NCBI RefSeq assembly: GCF_001949145.1
Contig: NW_019091356.1
Location: forward strand, 3,008,713-3,072,712
Length of the DNA stretch: 64,000 bases
Source: Acanthaster planci
Taxonomy: Eukaryota
Direction of reading: 5' to 3'
In this document: piece after piece, positions 12,761 through 23,768 of the stretch
Layout: every line of letters begins with the position of its first letter
How positions within the stretch are numbered: position 1 is the stretch's first letter
The notes under the pieces: generated by a model
The model's database searches: none
Told to the model about the DNA's origin: nothing
The model's input: the letters and a program-made list of their open reading frames with translations, nothing else
Program-made: the position numbers and the translations under genes

Positions 12761-14121
12761 ACCCCATTTCAAGATTCATACTAAATAGACACCCATCATC
12801 ATCATCTAGAAAGTCTTCCAAAGTTGTTTCAAACTGTCAAGTGACTGTGTAGCATTGTGGGCATGCTATATCCTAATTTCCTCAAGAATATAAAACCGGC
12901 AGGATACCTTTGGAATCACTACCTGCTACCAGTCCCTACAACATGTACATGCAGACGACATCTGCAAGACGTCTGGCAACTTGGTGAGTTCCATTTACGA
13001 TGAATTGTTGAAAGGGTCCGTTAGCAAGAGTACACTGTCCGCCCATAAATGACGAGGCCTATCACATAAACCAGGGAGCAATTAAATACAAACTAACGCC
13101 ATGGGCAATACAGCAAGATCGAATTCATGCGTGTCACATCATGCGTCCATTTTGCAGTTCAGTCTGAAAAGTTGATGCTGAAACATCAAGATACAAACCT
13201 AAAAACGACATAAGGCAAACCCTTGTTTTTTGTTCTCTGTATCTGTCAGGTGGCAAAATTAGCACGACTATATGGGCTGGGGAAACAATGGTGTCAAGTG
13301 ATGTTCTGAATTTCTGGTACGGACATTACCCTAGTACTACCCGGTACTTTTCCTTGTAGTGGTTTATCATTAGCCATCAGAAGGTGATATGCTCTAAAAA
13401 ATCAAATTCAGCAGTGAAAATATGAAAACATTTTTAATACGCCTACTTAAACACATTAAAAAACATTTGACCAGTCTTAGCTTACAAAGAGTTCCATACA
13501 CGGACGTACGCCAGCAGTAATTATTCCCTACAGTGAACATGGTAACATGTCAGCCGTCAGAAAGCAAAAACATGTCCAGAAAAGTTCAATTTTAGAGGGT
13601 CCGAGTCGTTTCCTTACAAAACAGAATTTTTCAGAGTTAGTAAGCCAGTACTATACATATACAGTCAGATGGTCAGCAGGCATGGATGGTGGGGTTTGTG
13701 TACATACAGGATGTCACGCAGCGTTCGCATTGTTATAGAACTCTTTCTCATGCCTGATATGCAACTCTTTCCTTTCAAAAAAATACCGTTCCAACGGTAC
13801 TTAAATTGTTGATGAATTCTTGCAAAACCTGGAAAATGCCGGACTACCTACCCGCAAACCATACATGTACATGGACGCCGCCACACTCGCTGACAATGAA
13901 AACAGAAACGCTGTACCAGTGTCAGATATGCAAAAGCATGAAGAAGTAATAACCTAGCCTGGCCAACCTTGGGCTAACGTCGTCTTTTTTAACGCAAAAA
14001 GCACGCACGTTAAAGGTATCTACTTGTTCTACGTTATTTACAGTACATCACAGACAGCACTCTTTTTGATAAAAGGCGAGTGATAATAGGGTTCCAAACA
14101 ATTTGAACACAAGTGACTCAC

Positions 14122-15049
14122 CCCAACAACCCGTCCGATTCGCGCGGAAACTCCGCTCAGCTCTGAATATTAATGCTGCGCGGCCGGCCGGCCGGCCGGC
14201 GCTAGATCCTGCACGGTGCTTTGTTTTTTACAGCATTATATAGTCAGTTGTTAAGTTGGACCATACAGTCCTTGGTTGGACTTTTGTTTTTAAAAACGCA
14301 TCTGTCTAAGGTAACATCTAAACTGTTGTGTAAGACAGTATCAGGACATTTGTTACTAACCGAATCAAGTTCAATACGCTAAATCGGGCCTAAATAGTTT
14401 CTGTGACTATACTCGGTTGTAGAAAGAAACGTACGATACTGGAAAGTCCCTCTGACGTAATTCAAAGACCGATACATGCCGCACGCATGCCGTGCTGCGC
14501 TTACCGGCAACTTTACACATTATCAAACCTTGAAAACGTTTTAAGCACAGCCAGTGCAAATGTTTTACACTTCCATACATACTACACCACGATTTCTTAA
14601 CTTCGTGGATCCCAATCAAATGACATGAGATAGGCCCTACATCTTTTAAAAATGACCCTACTCAAAAATCGACCCGCCCCCATCGAATTAATGGTGACCA
14701 ATAAAAATTGAACCTCGATCCACAAGTGGCATTTTTTTCTAACTAAAATTACGCGCGCAAATGTAACGCTCGGAGCCGGGAACGAGGAAAACACGTGTAC
14801 ATCGAACGATATTAGATGTCAAAGATCAAAGTAACAAGCTTGAAGAGGGAGGCGGGGGCGAATTTCTTGTCGTATTTTCGCCAGGACCCGGATCCGGATA
14901 TAGGCCCTACTCGTGTGTGGATCCGTGTTAAATGGTTAAATAATCTGTTATTCGCACTGTACCGAGCAAGATAGGCTCCGAGTTTCAACCCAACCACGTT
15001 TTACTCAGTTATTTTATTGGTCTTGAAGGATTGGACACGGACAAGAAAG
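14122..15049. promoter_or_regulatory. CpG-rich candidate bidirectional promoter with first exons on both strands
   Basis: Local CpG enrichment (GCGGCCGGCCGGCCGGCCGGCGC near 14180, GGGAGGCGGGGGCG near 14850). Minus-strand donor GGG|GTGAGT at 14121, plus-strand donor AAG|GTAGGT at 15050, and a matching acceptor ACGCAG ending at 16026, upstream of the thioesterase ATG. Confidence 0.5.
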
Positions 15050-16098
15050 GTAGGTCTCAGCTGTAATATGACAGCTAAAGTAATGATATTCGGAGTCGTA
15101 AGTTTTGACATAGGCTACTCTTTTGTTCGTGACTTGTGTACAAACATGACAAATGTCATGTCACTGGTCATAGGGCTAGATGAACAGATGAAGTGTCACA
15201 TTTTAGATGAATTGTGTCAAGTGCGAGACACATTGACTTGGATAATGTAAAGACATTTCCCACAGACATTGGTCAACCCATGGAGGAGCCCTCCTCCATG
15301 GTCAACCCAACTGCAGTACTACAGTTGGGACTGTCCCAAAGTAGTTAGGACTTATGCTATATAGTAGACATGCTCTGTAAAATGCTATTTTGAGTGGGAA
15401 TTGTAAAACCATCTGACCACGTTGAAAACAGGTGTTTTTTTATTTTAAAATAATGTTTGTGTTTGCACCTTTATCTTTGGTAAGAGAAATCTTCCGAACC
15501 AGAATTTACAGAAATAAAAATATTTCATTTTTACAGCGACTATCTGTTTGAACTAGAAAAGTAGGCCCAGGCCTACTTAGTGCATTACATTAGGCTAAGC
15601 AAAGATAAAGGAAAAAAAATTCATCCTTGACCATAACAACTGTTTTTTCTTTTATTTGTGTTCGTCTGTCCCATTGGTATTACTTCTTCACTGTTTTTCT
15701 AGTTCTAAGCCTTATCACTAACACTGCTCGAGTGATTGTGCCCAATTTCCCCCAGATGGCACAATGCCTTTTTACCATTGTGCAAAATCACCGATGCAAT
15801 ATTAACAATAAGACATGTGAGATTTTTAAGAGCTCTGAAGAGGGGAAATATTTCATTTTTTCACCATCTTACATTTACTTATTTCCAAATATATGAGAGG
15901 AAGATTTTACAGCCAATCCTTGCCACAAGCTTAAACTGTACTTGGATTCAAAATCACCAGGGACCGATTTATGCACAACTGAACCATTCAAAGTTGTTTC
16001 CTGTGCGTGGTTCTGCACTTACGCAGGTTCCGTCTCAGGGCTCAAAACACCCCGGGTTATTCACTAAATAGCTGGTGCATCGCAGCAAGCAACTCGCC

Positions 16099-19000
16099 AT
16101 GGACAAGTGGGTGTGCCGACGGAGGGGACAGCAGCAGACGGGAGACAGTAGCTGTCGCTTGTTCTTCTTCCCCTGGGGAGGCGGGGGAACGGGGCTGTAC
16201 AACAGCTGGGCCAAGTTCTTCCCGGAGAGCATAGAGGGTGAGCCTGTCGCAGTGAAATTTGGGATCTGCCAGAACAAGGCAATACTTCCAAGTTTGGGTG
16301 ACTTGGAGACCACTAAACCTAGGGGACATTCCAAGATTCATTGATTTCAGATCTTCCAGAATGAGGTGACAAGTTTTTTGCAAGTTCAGATATGCTGAAT
16401 CCAAGAGAATCTCAAAATTTGTATACCGTTGATGCTGACTTACTTTTCTCTGTGCAACAGTGGGGTACTGGCTCAGAGTATTGTGTTGGGAGGTCAGTTA
16501 CACAGTTGCTTGTATTTTTTTTAATTAGCTGGTAGTTCTGCTGATTAACCCTAACCCCCCAAGGGTTGCTGGCCCTAACCTTCTTCATTCACACCAAGTT
16601 AAACACCCATATGGGACTTTGTGCACAGGGGCTGTTGGACTTTGTTTTTCAAGGGGCCTACCAGACCTATCCCCACAGAATTAAACACTTTACTACTGTT
16701 TAATTCTGTGTGGTTGGGGAAGGTTAGGGTTAAATGAGTGTTTTTCGATCATTTCACTATGAGAGACAAATCTAAGGGAAATTGCCATAGACACGTGTGT
16801 AATCGTCATCCACAGCCAAGTAATGTGGACACAGCCTATGGCCGCCCCAAACTTGGCAAGCCCTCACACAGCACCCCATCTCTCTTGACCCCAAAAACTA
16901 AGACGGTCTCCGCACTGAACAAACAAAAATCAATACTTCCTGTGTCCTTTTTGCCTATCTTTACAGTGAATGTCGTCTGCTTGCCGGGCCGCGAATTCCG
17001 CTTCAAGGAAACCCCCTACACCAATTTGGACGTGTTGATTGCCGACCTGTGTAAGGATTTCCTCCCAAGCCTGCAAGAGAAACCGTTTGCATTCTTTGGA
17101 CACAGGTACGGAGGAGACAATGAAAGAATTGCATCTTAAATTTTCCTTGATGTCTTATCATGATATTCCATCTAAGGGACATCATTAACACACTAAAAAA
17201 CATGCTTCATGGTGCTCATGGTAATATGCATATCTCTATTACTCTCAGCTTTCTGTGGCTTCATCAATTGAAATTGAATATCTGGAGGCAATACCCGAAT
17301 TTGTCATTTTGCTCCAAATATGCAACAGTCTCATTTTAAAAAATAGCTCAATTTAGAAATCACGACAAGCAACTTTCAGTGCTGTACACTTGGTTTGTTT
17401 GCATTGGAATAAAATGTCCGTCTGCAAAGCTATTTTTAATTTCATTTTTGGATTTTACGTGAACAGTTTGGGTGCTATTATATCCTTCGAGTTGGCGTGC
17501 TACCTTAAAACCCACCACAACATTGAGCCGGCATGCTTGTTCCTGTCTGGGGCGACGGGACCTTACGTATGTACCCATTGGCCTTTCTGTAGTTTTGCAA
17601 ACACACAAAGAGTAGATAGGATCATGGATGGGATCCTTCTTCGGAGTTGTCTGTTGGTGGGGAAAGAGAGCATGTAAAAATTATCAAACTATAAGGAAGG
17701 CTTCAAAAATAGTTTCTGGAACAAATAAAAGAACACGTGAGCAGAGCCCAGTTAGTAGGGTTCTCCCAGTAATTAACAGAAACCGAGACGCTCTCTGTGC
17801 CGTTCTAAGTTTACGAAACTAATTGATAAATTACCAAAAACGATGCAAAGCTAAAAGTTCACAACTGCAAAACGCAATCAAAAAGTAGGTGTGCACTCTC
17901 TAGCAGTGACCGTGCAAGCAACATTCACAAAAGTGTCACAAAACATCTTACACCGTCAGTCCAAAGTCCGCCAAGAGATGGTCTCCGACAAGCCCGTGGA
18001 CCAACTCACGGAGGAGGAGTTCCTCCAGAAGCTGGAGAAACTAGGCGGGACGCCAAAAGACGTCCTGGCGCAGCCCAACCTGCTCAAGCTCTTCATCCCT
18101 TGCATCAAGGCTGACCTCATGATGCTGCAACACTACGGGTAAGTGAGCAACCGTAAGCCTCAATTCGTGGAGGTTCTGACGGCAGTGATGGGCTTGACGG
18201 TACATACATCAGTCCACACGGAATAAAACAGTGCCAACAACCTTCCCGGGTCCCGTGCACTCCACGACCTTGCGGCTGGCCGACAGAATAGTCTCTGTAG
18301 TTTGACCACAATAGGATGATGACCATTCTGTGAAAGGACATTGACCTTTCTGTGAAGGAAGGTGTACGAAATGTACTGACCATGGTCTCGCCAGGCCTTC
18401 AAAAATCTAGCAAATTTAGAAGCATACAACTTACCTTCCTGTCTACCAGATCACACTTTCTGAAAGTGAAGCCTCGTCCCATATCAATTTGTTGTGAACA
18501 GCATGTACTGTTTCAAACATTGAGATCAGAAAGGACTAAACTTTGAACGACAGAGGATAGATGTACAATTTGCTAAACTGTCATTGACTTCAGAATCTCT
18601 TTTGTTTCATCCTGTTATAGGAAAGAGGCCCCAGCTGTGCCCATCATCAGCTGTCCCGTCAACTTTTTTGAAGGTGCCGAGGACACCAGCAGAGATCACG
18701 ACATAGAGAGTGAGTTACCAGCAGCTACATTGTTGTGTACAGAACCGACAAGGAACTAAGAGTTCAAACTGGGAAATCTTTTTCGGCACTGTGGCATTTT
18801 GCAGGAACAAGCATCCAAAATGTGTTAACGTAAAAAGAGACACGGCTCACATTAGGCAGCCTTCAGAATTATTCGTTTGATTTGTCTTTGTCCAATAGCG
18901 TGTTTTGAACACTTCAGACAGGACAAGAGTGAGATTTCAATAATACGGTCTGCTGTTTTGATGTCACAAGTCTTGTTGTTTTCCTACAAGTAGCTGCTAT

Positions 19001-19542
19001 AACTATGGCTGGCCATCAGGACAAAATTAAAACTACCATTCCCAAAGTGTTACGTTAAAAGAAATCTGACGCAGCTATCAGAACACCAGATAATGATACA
19101 TGAACCATAAAATACCACCAAAAATACAACTCTGATTAAAATCAATGGGACAGATGTCTGTTTTGAACGAGTTTGAGATAAAATCCAAAACCAACCAAAA
19201 GGTGATATTTCTGCCAAGTTGGCCGCCTGCACAAGTTAGCCAAATGAGAGTGGTCTGTTAGAGCTTGAGAAAGAGTTACACAACTTTGTTTAACATCAGA
19301 AAGAGGATATTTGGACGGAGAGAAAGTTCCATATTTTGAATGTGGTACTCTGAAAATATCCCTTGCTTACAAAAGAAATATTGATATTTTTTTTTTTCCC
19401 ACTTCTCACCACAGGTTGGAAGACAGTCAGCTCTGGTCCATTTAATATTCAGTATCTGCCCGGGGGACACTTTTATCTCCAGCAGCGAGACAATGCAGGC
19501 AAGATGATCAAATCTATGGCCGAGGCCCTCACGCCTTCGTAA
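16099..19542 (+). CDS. OLAH: Type II thioesterase (S-acyl fatty acid synthase thioesterase / oleoyl-ACP hydrolase-like), 6 coding exons, 257 aa
   Basis: Exons 16099-16237, 16967-17105, 17467-17566, 17960-18138, 18621-18709, 19415-19542. All introns are GT-AG with consistent phases; 774 nt in total, ending TAA. Motifs: LFFFPWGGG, LPGRE, FAFFGHSLGA (GxSxG nucleophile, Ser codon split by intron 2), LFLSG, GGTP, ADL, and PGGHFY (catalytic His). Confidence 0.93.
16549..16729. mobile_element. TTAA-flanked (piggyBac-type) MITE with CCCTAACC termini
   Basis: TTAA|CCCTAACC...GGTTAGGG|TTAA in thioesterase intron 1; highly similar to 29474-29688. Confidence 0.85.
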
Positions 19543-20799
19543 ATACACACCCACCAACACTCGGCATACATGCAGGGTAGCGAGCCAAGGGTCTACTCTT
19601 TCCCAGTCGGTTTGTGTTTTTGCCCAACACAGGCTTGGACACTACGACCAGCAAAAAAATAACTCACTAAAGGTTACAAAATCTCTTGCAGCTATCATAA
19701 ACTCCAAATACACCTGGCGATGACCACCGCCAAATGACAATGTAAGACTCTTTAAATGTAACGGTGAAAATGATACTTTTTTCAGTGGAATCGGTCACCA
19801 ACCATGGGCGGTGCCTGTATATCTGCGATCTCCGGCCAGCTGTAGGAATAACAGCCACTGCTATAGCAGTCTATTGGACAGTCTTAATTTTAACGCTTTG
19901 ATTTCAGTTGCATTCCTGTAAAAATGCCCTCCATTTTTTTTTTACATTCGTGTGAGACAGACACTCGTTTTTCATCTATCTACATGTACACGTATGGGAT
20001 ATTCCACCTTTCATTTCGGAGTAAAAAACACCAGATGTTAGGAATATGATTTCAAAGGAGTATATTTTAGCAACTCTCTTCAAAAAGGGTGCAACCTTGC
20101 ACCAATATCTCTGCACATCTTTCCTAGTATACTTTCTGGTTTTCTGCATCATAGCGTAGATTGAACTTTTTGTTAAATAAGCTTACACAATATTTAGTGA
20201 ACTTAATGTACTACAAAATGAAATAAAACAACTCTTTTTTTTTTTCGAAATTCTTTTTTTTAAATAAATGGGAAATTTATTTTTTTTATTATAGCACTTA
20301 TTCATTTTTTGGTTTAAGAATAAGTTAACAATTATATTACAAAAGTTGTAAGAAAAGTACAAAATATATATTTTTTAAAACATTGATACTGTTGAAATTG
20401 GATGCAAAACTTTGCTACAGTCCTTGGAATATATTTCATAAATGTACAAAACAGTACTCATCCAGTTCACAGTTAATGAATTGTCTTACTCGGGCGTTTT
20501 TGGCAGGTTGAGCAAACCTTACCAGCAGAGTAAATTTATGGACGTTGTGTTGACAGATAAGACATCTCCCTGATTCTAGCACTGAAACCTGACTGCCATT
20601 ATTTTAATAGCTGTCTGATTAATTCTCTAGATTACATAATTTACGTATGTTCGATGATTATAAGTGACACTTTTTTCAAAATTCTATTTGGGATTGGTCC
20701 ATCAATTATAAAAAAAGTGTAAACTCCTTATTAAAATGTCAATTTTTGTCCCAATCATGAAATGGTGTTTCTGGTGTTTTTAATCTTGCTCATTTTTGG

Positions 20800-20978
20800 G
20801 GTAGCACCTTGCAAAGTACGAGTACGTGTGGTTCTGAAAAGAACCGGGAGTATACTGAAGAGATGCTGATGATGAAGATGTCTTCCTGAGCACTCAGTCC
20901 GAAACCTTGAGTGTACTCCCCGTTCTTATCAGAACCACACATACTCATTAGAGATGTATTCCTTCGCATGGTGCTACC
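20800..20978. mobile_element. Inverted-repeat relic resembling a Penelope-like element terminal repeat, with degenerate hammerhead-like motifs
   Basis: Arms 20820-20855 and 20911-20946 match at 32/36; outer GGTAGCACC / GGTGCTACC. The loop holds CTGAAGA (20855), CTGATGA (20866), hairpin CTGAG-CA-CTCAG and CGAAAC (20900). Confidence 0.55.
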
Positions 20979-21529
20979 ACAAGCCTTTCCACCTGTTGCT
21001 GTCTTTCACCGTGAACAGCCTGAAATTCTATCCAAGTTCGCTGGGGTCGAGGGGAACCAATAAACTTCTGTTCCGGTATCAACATTAGCCCGACTCACTC
21101 CAACTTATCTTGATACTTTATACGTTCATGGATTTAGAGTTCATTGTTTTTAGATGCTTAGCTCAAATTGATTTGTTTTGCACTGAAACTTAAGCCAGCA
21201 AGTTTAAGCTTAAGCAGTTTTGTCCTGTGTATTTCTCCGAAAGGCAAGAAAACTTTAGAAAATACGTACAATATAAAAACCCCATAAATGATAACAGAGA
21301 CAAGAAAGTCTGAAGTCACATTAATTTGAAATACATGAACACATCAAATACTTTCCTATACAAAGACTCCCTGTTCTCCTACCCAATGATTGTTTACTCT
21401 CTAATCAAAACAAACACAGATGGTAAAACCACATTTCAGAACTCAATCCACGCATGTAAATATTTCTGGGTTTAAGGTTGGTTGGGGCTCACTGTCAGAG
21501 TGACCCAGCAAGAATGGAATTGGACTCAC

Positions 21530-21640
21530 TCTAGGAAGGTCTGTCGGACTCCCCGGTTGACAGGATAGTGGTAGGTCACGTCGCGGCCGTACGCCATCCA
21601 CATCAGGCAGGCAAACAGGGTGGAGTACATGATCACATCC
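21530..21640 (-). other. Orphan duplicate of PKD1L1 exon 38580-38690 with intact splice sites
   Basis: Matches 38580-38690 at an offset of 17050 with one substitution (GAG to GAC). Flanking intron is also copied (about 21221-21830 vs about 38293-39105). Confidence 0.95.
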
Positions 21641-22023
21641 CTGCAGAGATCAAGGGGCAAAAGGCGGACGTTAATCTATCGGCACACACATATTGCACTG
21701 CTTGCTGGAGTGTTATGGTTTCTATCTAGAAAATGCTCCAAGCGTGCTCTACAAAAATGGTTTATTCACTTGCTTACAGTTTATAAGTTCTTTCTCTTGT
21801 AATTGTTAAATAGCATAATTTTGTAGCTTCGATTTCAGTTACATTTCTGTAAACCCCCCCCTTTTTGTAAACATTGCATAGGTTTGCTACTCAGTTTTGA
21901 TCAACCTATGGGATATTCCATCTTTCATTTCTCTGAGTAAATGACACCCGATGTTATGAATATGATATCAGATGAGTACATGTCAGCAGCAATTCTCTTT
22001 GAAGAGGGTGTATCCTTGCACCA

Positions 22024-22373
22024 AAAAGCCATTTGCGAGTAACTTTGTACAAAATCTGGTACACTGTGCTATATTACTTCACATAAACGTAACAATTCGA
22101 ATTCCCCAGACTAAAGACACTGTTGCTATACCTTGTGATTTGGGGCAAGCTTTTGCTTAGTTACGTAAGAGATGTCTGGCATCAATACACTGTTTTCAAT
22201 GGACGTAGGGCAAAAGGAACCAGTCTATTCCAGAGATGGTGGTGGCTATGCAAAAGCTTGCCCCGAATCACGAGGTACAGTGTTTTAGTCTGAGGAATTC
22301 GAATTATGTTTATGTGAAATAAGACAGCACAGTGTACTAGATTTGGTTCAAAGGCTACGCGAAATGGCTTCTT
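22024..22373. mobile_element. Foldback MITE with TIRs of about 130 bp
   Basis: 22024-22156 is an imperfect inverted copy of 22250-22373; the element is absent from the paralogous site near 20105. Confidence 0.85.
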
Positions 22374-23082
22374 TCTCTGCATTTCATTCTTGGTATGCTT
22401 TCTAGTCACTTCATCCAAGAGCAGAGTACACCTTTTGATAATTAGGCTTATGCACTATTAAGTGAACTTAGTTTCCTTCAAATCTAAATAAAAGTCAACC
22501 CCTTTTTTTCCTAAAATCCTGCAAAATAAATTGGAAAAATGTGGGAACTTTATATTGTTCTTTACATCGTTTTATTCATTCTTTTTAAAAAAAAAGAATA
22601 AGTTAACTCAATTATATTACAAAAGTTGTATTAAAAAGTACAAAGATATGTTGTTTTATGTAAAATTAATACTGTTGAAATTGGATACAAAACTTTGCTA
22701 CAGGTCTACGAGTATATTTCATAAATATACAAACCAGCACTTTCTACTTTTCTGGTTCAAAACTAAGGAAATAGTTTTAATCAGACATCTTTGGTGGGTT
22801 AGACTCTCATTATATTTCAAAATTTCAGTTGAGTAAACCTTGCCAGCAGAGTAAATCTATGGACGCAATGTGGACAGATAAAACATCTCTGTGACATAAA
22901 TTGCTGCTGAAACTTAATATCTGATTTAGTGCCACCATTTAATGAACCATTTCATCAATGTAAGAAACAATCGCTGAAATAAACAATTTATATATGTACT
23001 TTGATTATAATTGGCAGCTCTTCACGTTTCTATTTGGGACTAATCTATCAATTATTTAAAAAATATAAAGCTCCTTAATTAA

Positions 23083-23263
23083 CCCCTTCACAGCGGAATT
23101 CTTTTGACCGTGACTGCTGGGCTGCGGTATGCCCAGTATGCAAGGCTCTGTCCAGCAGCAGGCCCACATTGAAACTGCAGGTGCATTATGAACAGAGTGT
23201 ATGTGTGCTATGCACTCATCCTCACACAAAGCCATGGCTGTCGATGTCTCTGGAGCGAAGGGG
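23083..23263. mobile_element. TTAA-flanked (piggyBac-type) MITE, 181 bp
   Basis: TTAA|CCCCTTC...GAAGGGG|TTAA; the paralogous site near 20731 has a single TTAA. Confidence 0.85.
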
Positions 23264-23652
23264 TTAAAACATTAACTTTTGTCCCAATCAAGAAATGGTA
23301 TTTCCAGTGGTGATCCTTGACACTTCACAAAGCCTAGGTAGATGAAAACAATTTACATTAAAGACAAGAGTATTTTGTATAAATGTACTACTTCTCTTAG
23401 GCTTGGCTTGCCTATGGAAGGTTGAGTAACATGAACAGAATATTTGTGAAAATTCACTTTCAATTTGTACAGTTCGAAAATTTGATTGTAAAATCCTGTA
23501 CAGAAGATCACATGGCAGCTTCATTGTACAGATGATTTTTTTTTCACAATAATAAAAATAAAACAAATGAATGCAATGCAATGGTGGAAATTTTAGTAAG
23601 CACACATTGTTAGTTCATCACATAATAAGCGCTGTAAGTGTCTTGCCCCTAA

Positions 23653-23658
23653 TTTATT
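23653..23658 (-). terminator. Candidate polyadenylation signal of the PKD1L1-like gene
   Basis: AATAAA on the minus strand about 110 nt after the stop codon, in AT-rich sequence. Confidence 0.5.
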
Positions 23659-23768
23659 CACAGTGACTTAATTATAAAAGATGTAATCTAATTCACTATT
23701 TTTTTTATAAAATGTTGACAGCGGTTTTGGAAATCCAATTTTATCACTTTGATTGGTTGATTTTGGTG

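Larger units (their letters stand above)
19880..23320 (+). repeat. Direct duplication of sequence downstream of the thioesterase gene (about 19880-20790 vs about 21815-23320)
   Basis: Shared TATGGGATATTCCA, CAATTATATTACAAAAGTTGTA, CCAGCAGAGTAAAT.TATGGACG and TTTTGTCCCAATCA.GAAATGGT. The second copy is longer because of two MITE insertions. Confidence 0.9.
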
